Assembly (NCBI GenBank): GCA_963693015.1
Contig: OY843748.1
Coordinates: 3,200,395-3,264,394, forward strand
DNA length: 64,000 nt
Source of the DNA: a bacterium
GTDB taxonomy: Bacteria; JAAXHH01
Reading direction: 5' to 3'
The number at the start of each line of letters is the position of its first letter. Within the stretch, counting starts at the first letter, position 1. This document shows, piece after piece, positions 62,648-64,000 of the stretch. Made by a program: the position numbers and the translations under genes. Below the pieces are notes generated by a model. The model was not told the origin of the DNA, searched no databases, and was given only the letters and a program-made list of their open reading frames with translations.

Positions 62648-63439
62648 ATGAAACCGGGCATTACGCAACTCTGTCTCAGCCGCCGCGATCTAGAAGATGA
62701 TCTTTCGAAGGCTCGGAGCCTGGGTTACGAGGCGATTGAGCTGGTTTTCTCCGATGAGGGATCACCGAGTATAGACGCCTCGACGTCGGAGATCGCCGCG
62801 GTCGGGGACGCCTGCCGGGATCACGAACTCGAACTGTGTTCCATGATCGCCATCCGCCGGGACGCCGGTTCCCTGCTATCGCCCTCCGCGGAAGAACGGG
62901 CGAAGCGTGTGGCCATTCTGCAACGGGGATTTGAAATAGCCGAGATCCTGGGCGTGGACGCCCTCCTCCTGCATCCCGGAGCGCTCAATCCGTCGAGTTC
63001 CTACGGGACGACCTGGGACAACTTCCGCGACGCCCTATGCAACCTCGCGCCCGAAGCGGAACGCCGTGGAACCCGCATTGGCATCGAGAACGTGTGGAAC
63101 CAGTTCATGCTGAGTCCCCGGGAAGCCCGGCAACTCGTGGACGAGGTCGGATCGCCCGCCGTCGGGATATACCTGGATACGGCCAACATGATCCTCTACG
63201 GCTACCCGGATATGTGGATCAGGGAACTCGGCAGCCGGATCGTCAAGGTGCACGTGAAGGATTTCCGCCGCGGGGAAGGCGCCTGGGTCCAGTTGATGGA
63301 CGGCGACACGGACTGGCCGGCGGTCATGGCCGAACTGCGCGGCATCGGTTTCGGCGGCGCCCTGGTGAGCGAGGTCGGCGGCGACGATGACACCATGCGG
63401 GAGACCGCCGAGCGCATCGGGCGGATCATCGCGCTGTAG
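62648..63439 (+). CDS. Sugar phosphate isomerase/epimerase (xylose-isomerase-like TIM barrel)
   Basis: AP-endonuclease-2 / TIM-barrel family motifs (RIGIENVW, YLDTANM). Confidence 0.75.
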   Translation: MKPGITQLCLSRRDLEDDLSKARSLGYEAIELVFSDEGSPSIDASTSEIAAVGDACRDHELELCSMIAIRRDAGSLLSPSAEERAKRVAILQRGFEIAEILGVDALLLHPGALNPSSSYGTTWDNFRDALCNLAPEAERRGTRIGIENVWNQFMLSPREARQLVDEVGSPAVGIYLDTANMILYGYPDMWIRELGSRIVKVHVKDFRRGEGAWVQLMDGDTDWPAVMAELRGIGFGGALVSEVGGDDDTMRETAERIGRIIAL

Positions 63440-63448
63440 GATCCTGGC

Positions 63449-64000
63449 TTAGCGCGCCTTCGAGATGGCTTCGGCGTACTTGATCACGCCGTTGACGTAG
63501 GAGTCGATGGGGTTGTAGCTGAAGAGAGCCTTGCGACGGGCGGCGTCGGTGCTACTGTACTTGCCTCGTTCGTTGAGGTACTTCGCCACACTCATGATGG
63601 CGTCCGGCCACGAATGCAGGTCGATATTGCCGTCCCCGTCGCCGTCGGCGGCATGGGGCATGCTGGCCGGCATAAACTGAGGATAACCGATCGCCCCGGC
63701 CCACGAACCGTGGAGCGAAAGCGGGTCGACGCCGGTTGCCTTGCTATGGCGCAGGAGGGCCACCAGGTTGCCGACGCACCGCCGACGTATCTTGGCGAAG
63801 CGTTCTTCCTGTCTTTTCGCTACCTCAGCCGAGATGAGCGGATCGGCTTCGCCTCCGGCCGTAATCTGACGCACCGCTTCCCGTTGCGCCTCCTCAAGAT
63901 ACAACAACTGGGCGACCAGGACGTTGAACACGCGGTAGGTCCCCGTGAACTCGCCCAGGCCCGATTCCCACATCAGGATGGACACGATATCCTTCTGTGC
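63449..64000 (-). CDS. Lytic murein transglycosylase (MltB/Slt35-like), C-terminal part; gene continues beyond window end
   Basis: GAIGYPQFMPAS and LFSYNPIDSYVNGVIKYA are MltB-family motifs. The ORF is open towards the window edge. Confidence 0.75.
   Translation of the reverse strand, partial: AQKDIVSILMWESGLGEFTGTYRVFNVLVAQLLYLEEAQREAVRQITAGGEADPLISAEVAKRQEERFAKIRRRCVGNLVALLRHSKATGVDPLSLHGSWAGAIGYPQFMPASMPHAADGDGDGNIDLHSWPDAIMSVAKYLNERGKYSSTDAARRKALFSYNPIDSYVNGVIKYAEAISKAR

Overview
This 64 kb window is from a high-GC (roughly 65% by eye) bacterial chromosome. On both strands the six-frame track is dominated by long spurious ORFs inside real genes, the usual artefact of high GC. The core is housekeeping and metabolic genes. 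These include a C-terminal amine oxidase fragment, a PhyH dioxygenase, glutamate synthase gltBD, an aldo-keto reductase, pgk, a LysR regulator with a divergent IMPDH-family gene, a HAD hydrolase, a J-domain protein and an S15 peptidase. They also include a GNAT acetyltransferase, queE, an SMP-30 protein, a HldE-like heptose kinase, a Kv-type K+ channel, and a PspA/IM30-like module. There is an ECF sigma/anti-sigma gene pair with three periplasmic LTXXQ proteins, and a molybdoenzyme locus (flavin reductase, FeS-NrfD fusion, Tat-less Mo subunit). A sugar-acid-like block holds two PfkB kinases, two enolase-superfamily enzymes, an SDR, a Gfo/Idh/MocA oxidoreductase, a MATE transporter and an M42 peptidase, followed by nhaA. 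Three lower-GC accessory stretches stand out. (i) Positions 200-4420 hold a frameshifted PIN toxin, a translationally coupled zeta-toxin-like P-loop kinase plus a 380-aa partner and a secreted 180-aa protein, and an intact mazEF. (ii) Positions 51,900-56,850 hold a DUF1156-type DNA methyltransferase overlapping a PD-(D/E)xK nuclease-like gene, followed by a DUF4238 gene. I consider this the best candidate for an undescribed restriction-modification-like or defence module. (iii) Positions 58,100-62,500 hold higA with a decayed higB, APH-family, HIT and BtrH_N-like genes, a 15-bp tandem repeat, and a redoxin gene interrupted by an in-frame TGA at the WCxxC position with a hairpin downstream. The redoxin is a probable selenoprotein that an ORF caller would split into two fragments. 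No rRNA or CRISPR array was seen, and I could not identify a tRNA or transposase/integrase. All coordinates and starts are manual estimates; several starts appear to be GTG or TTG.
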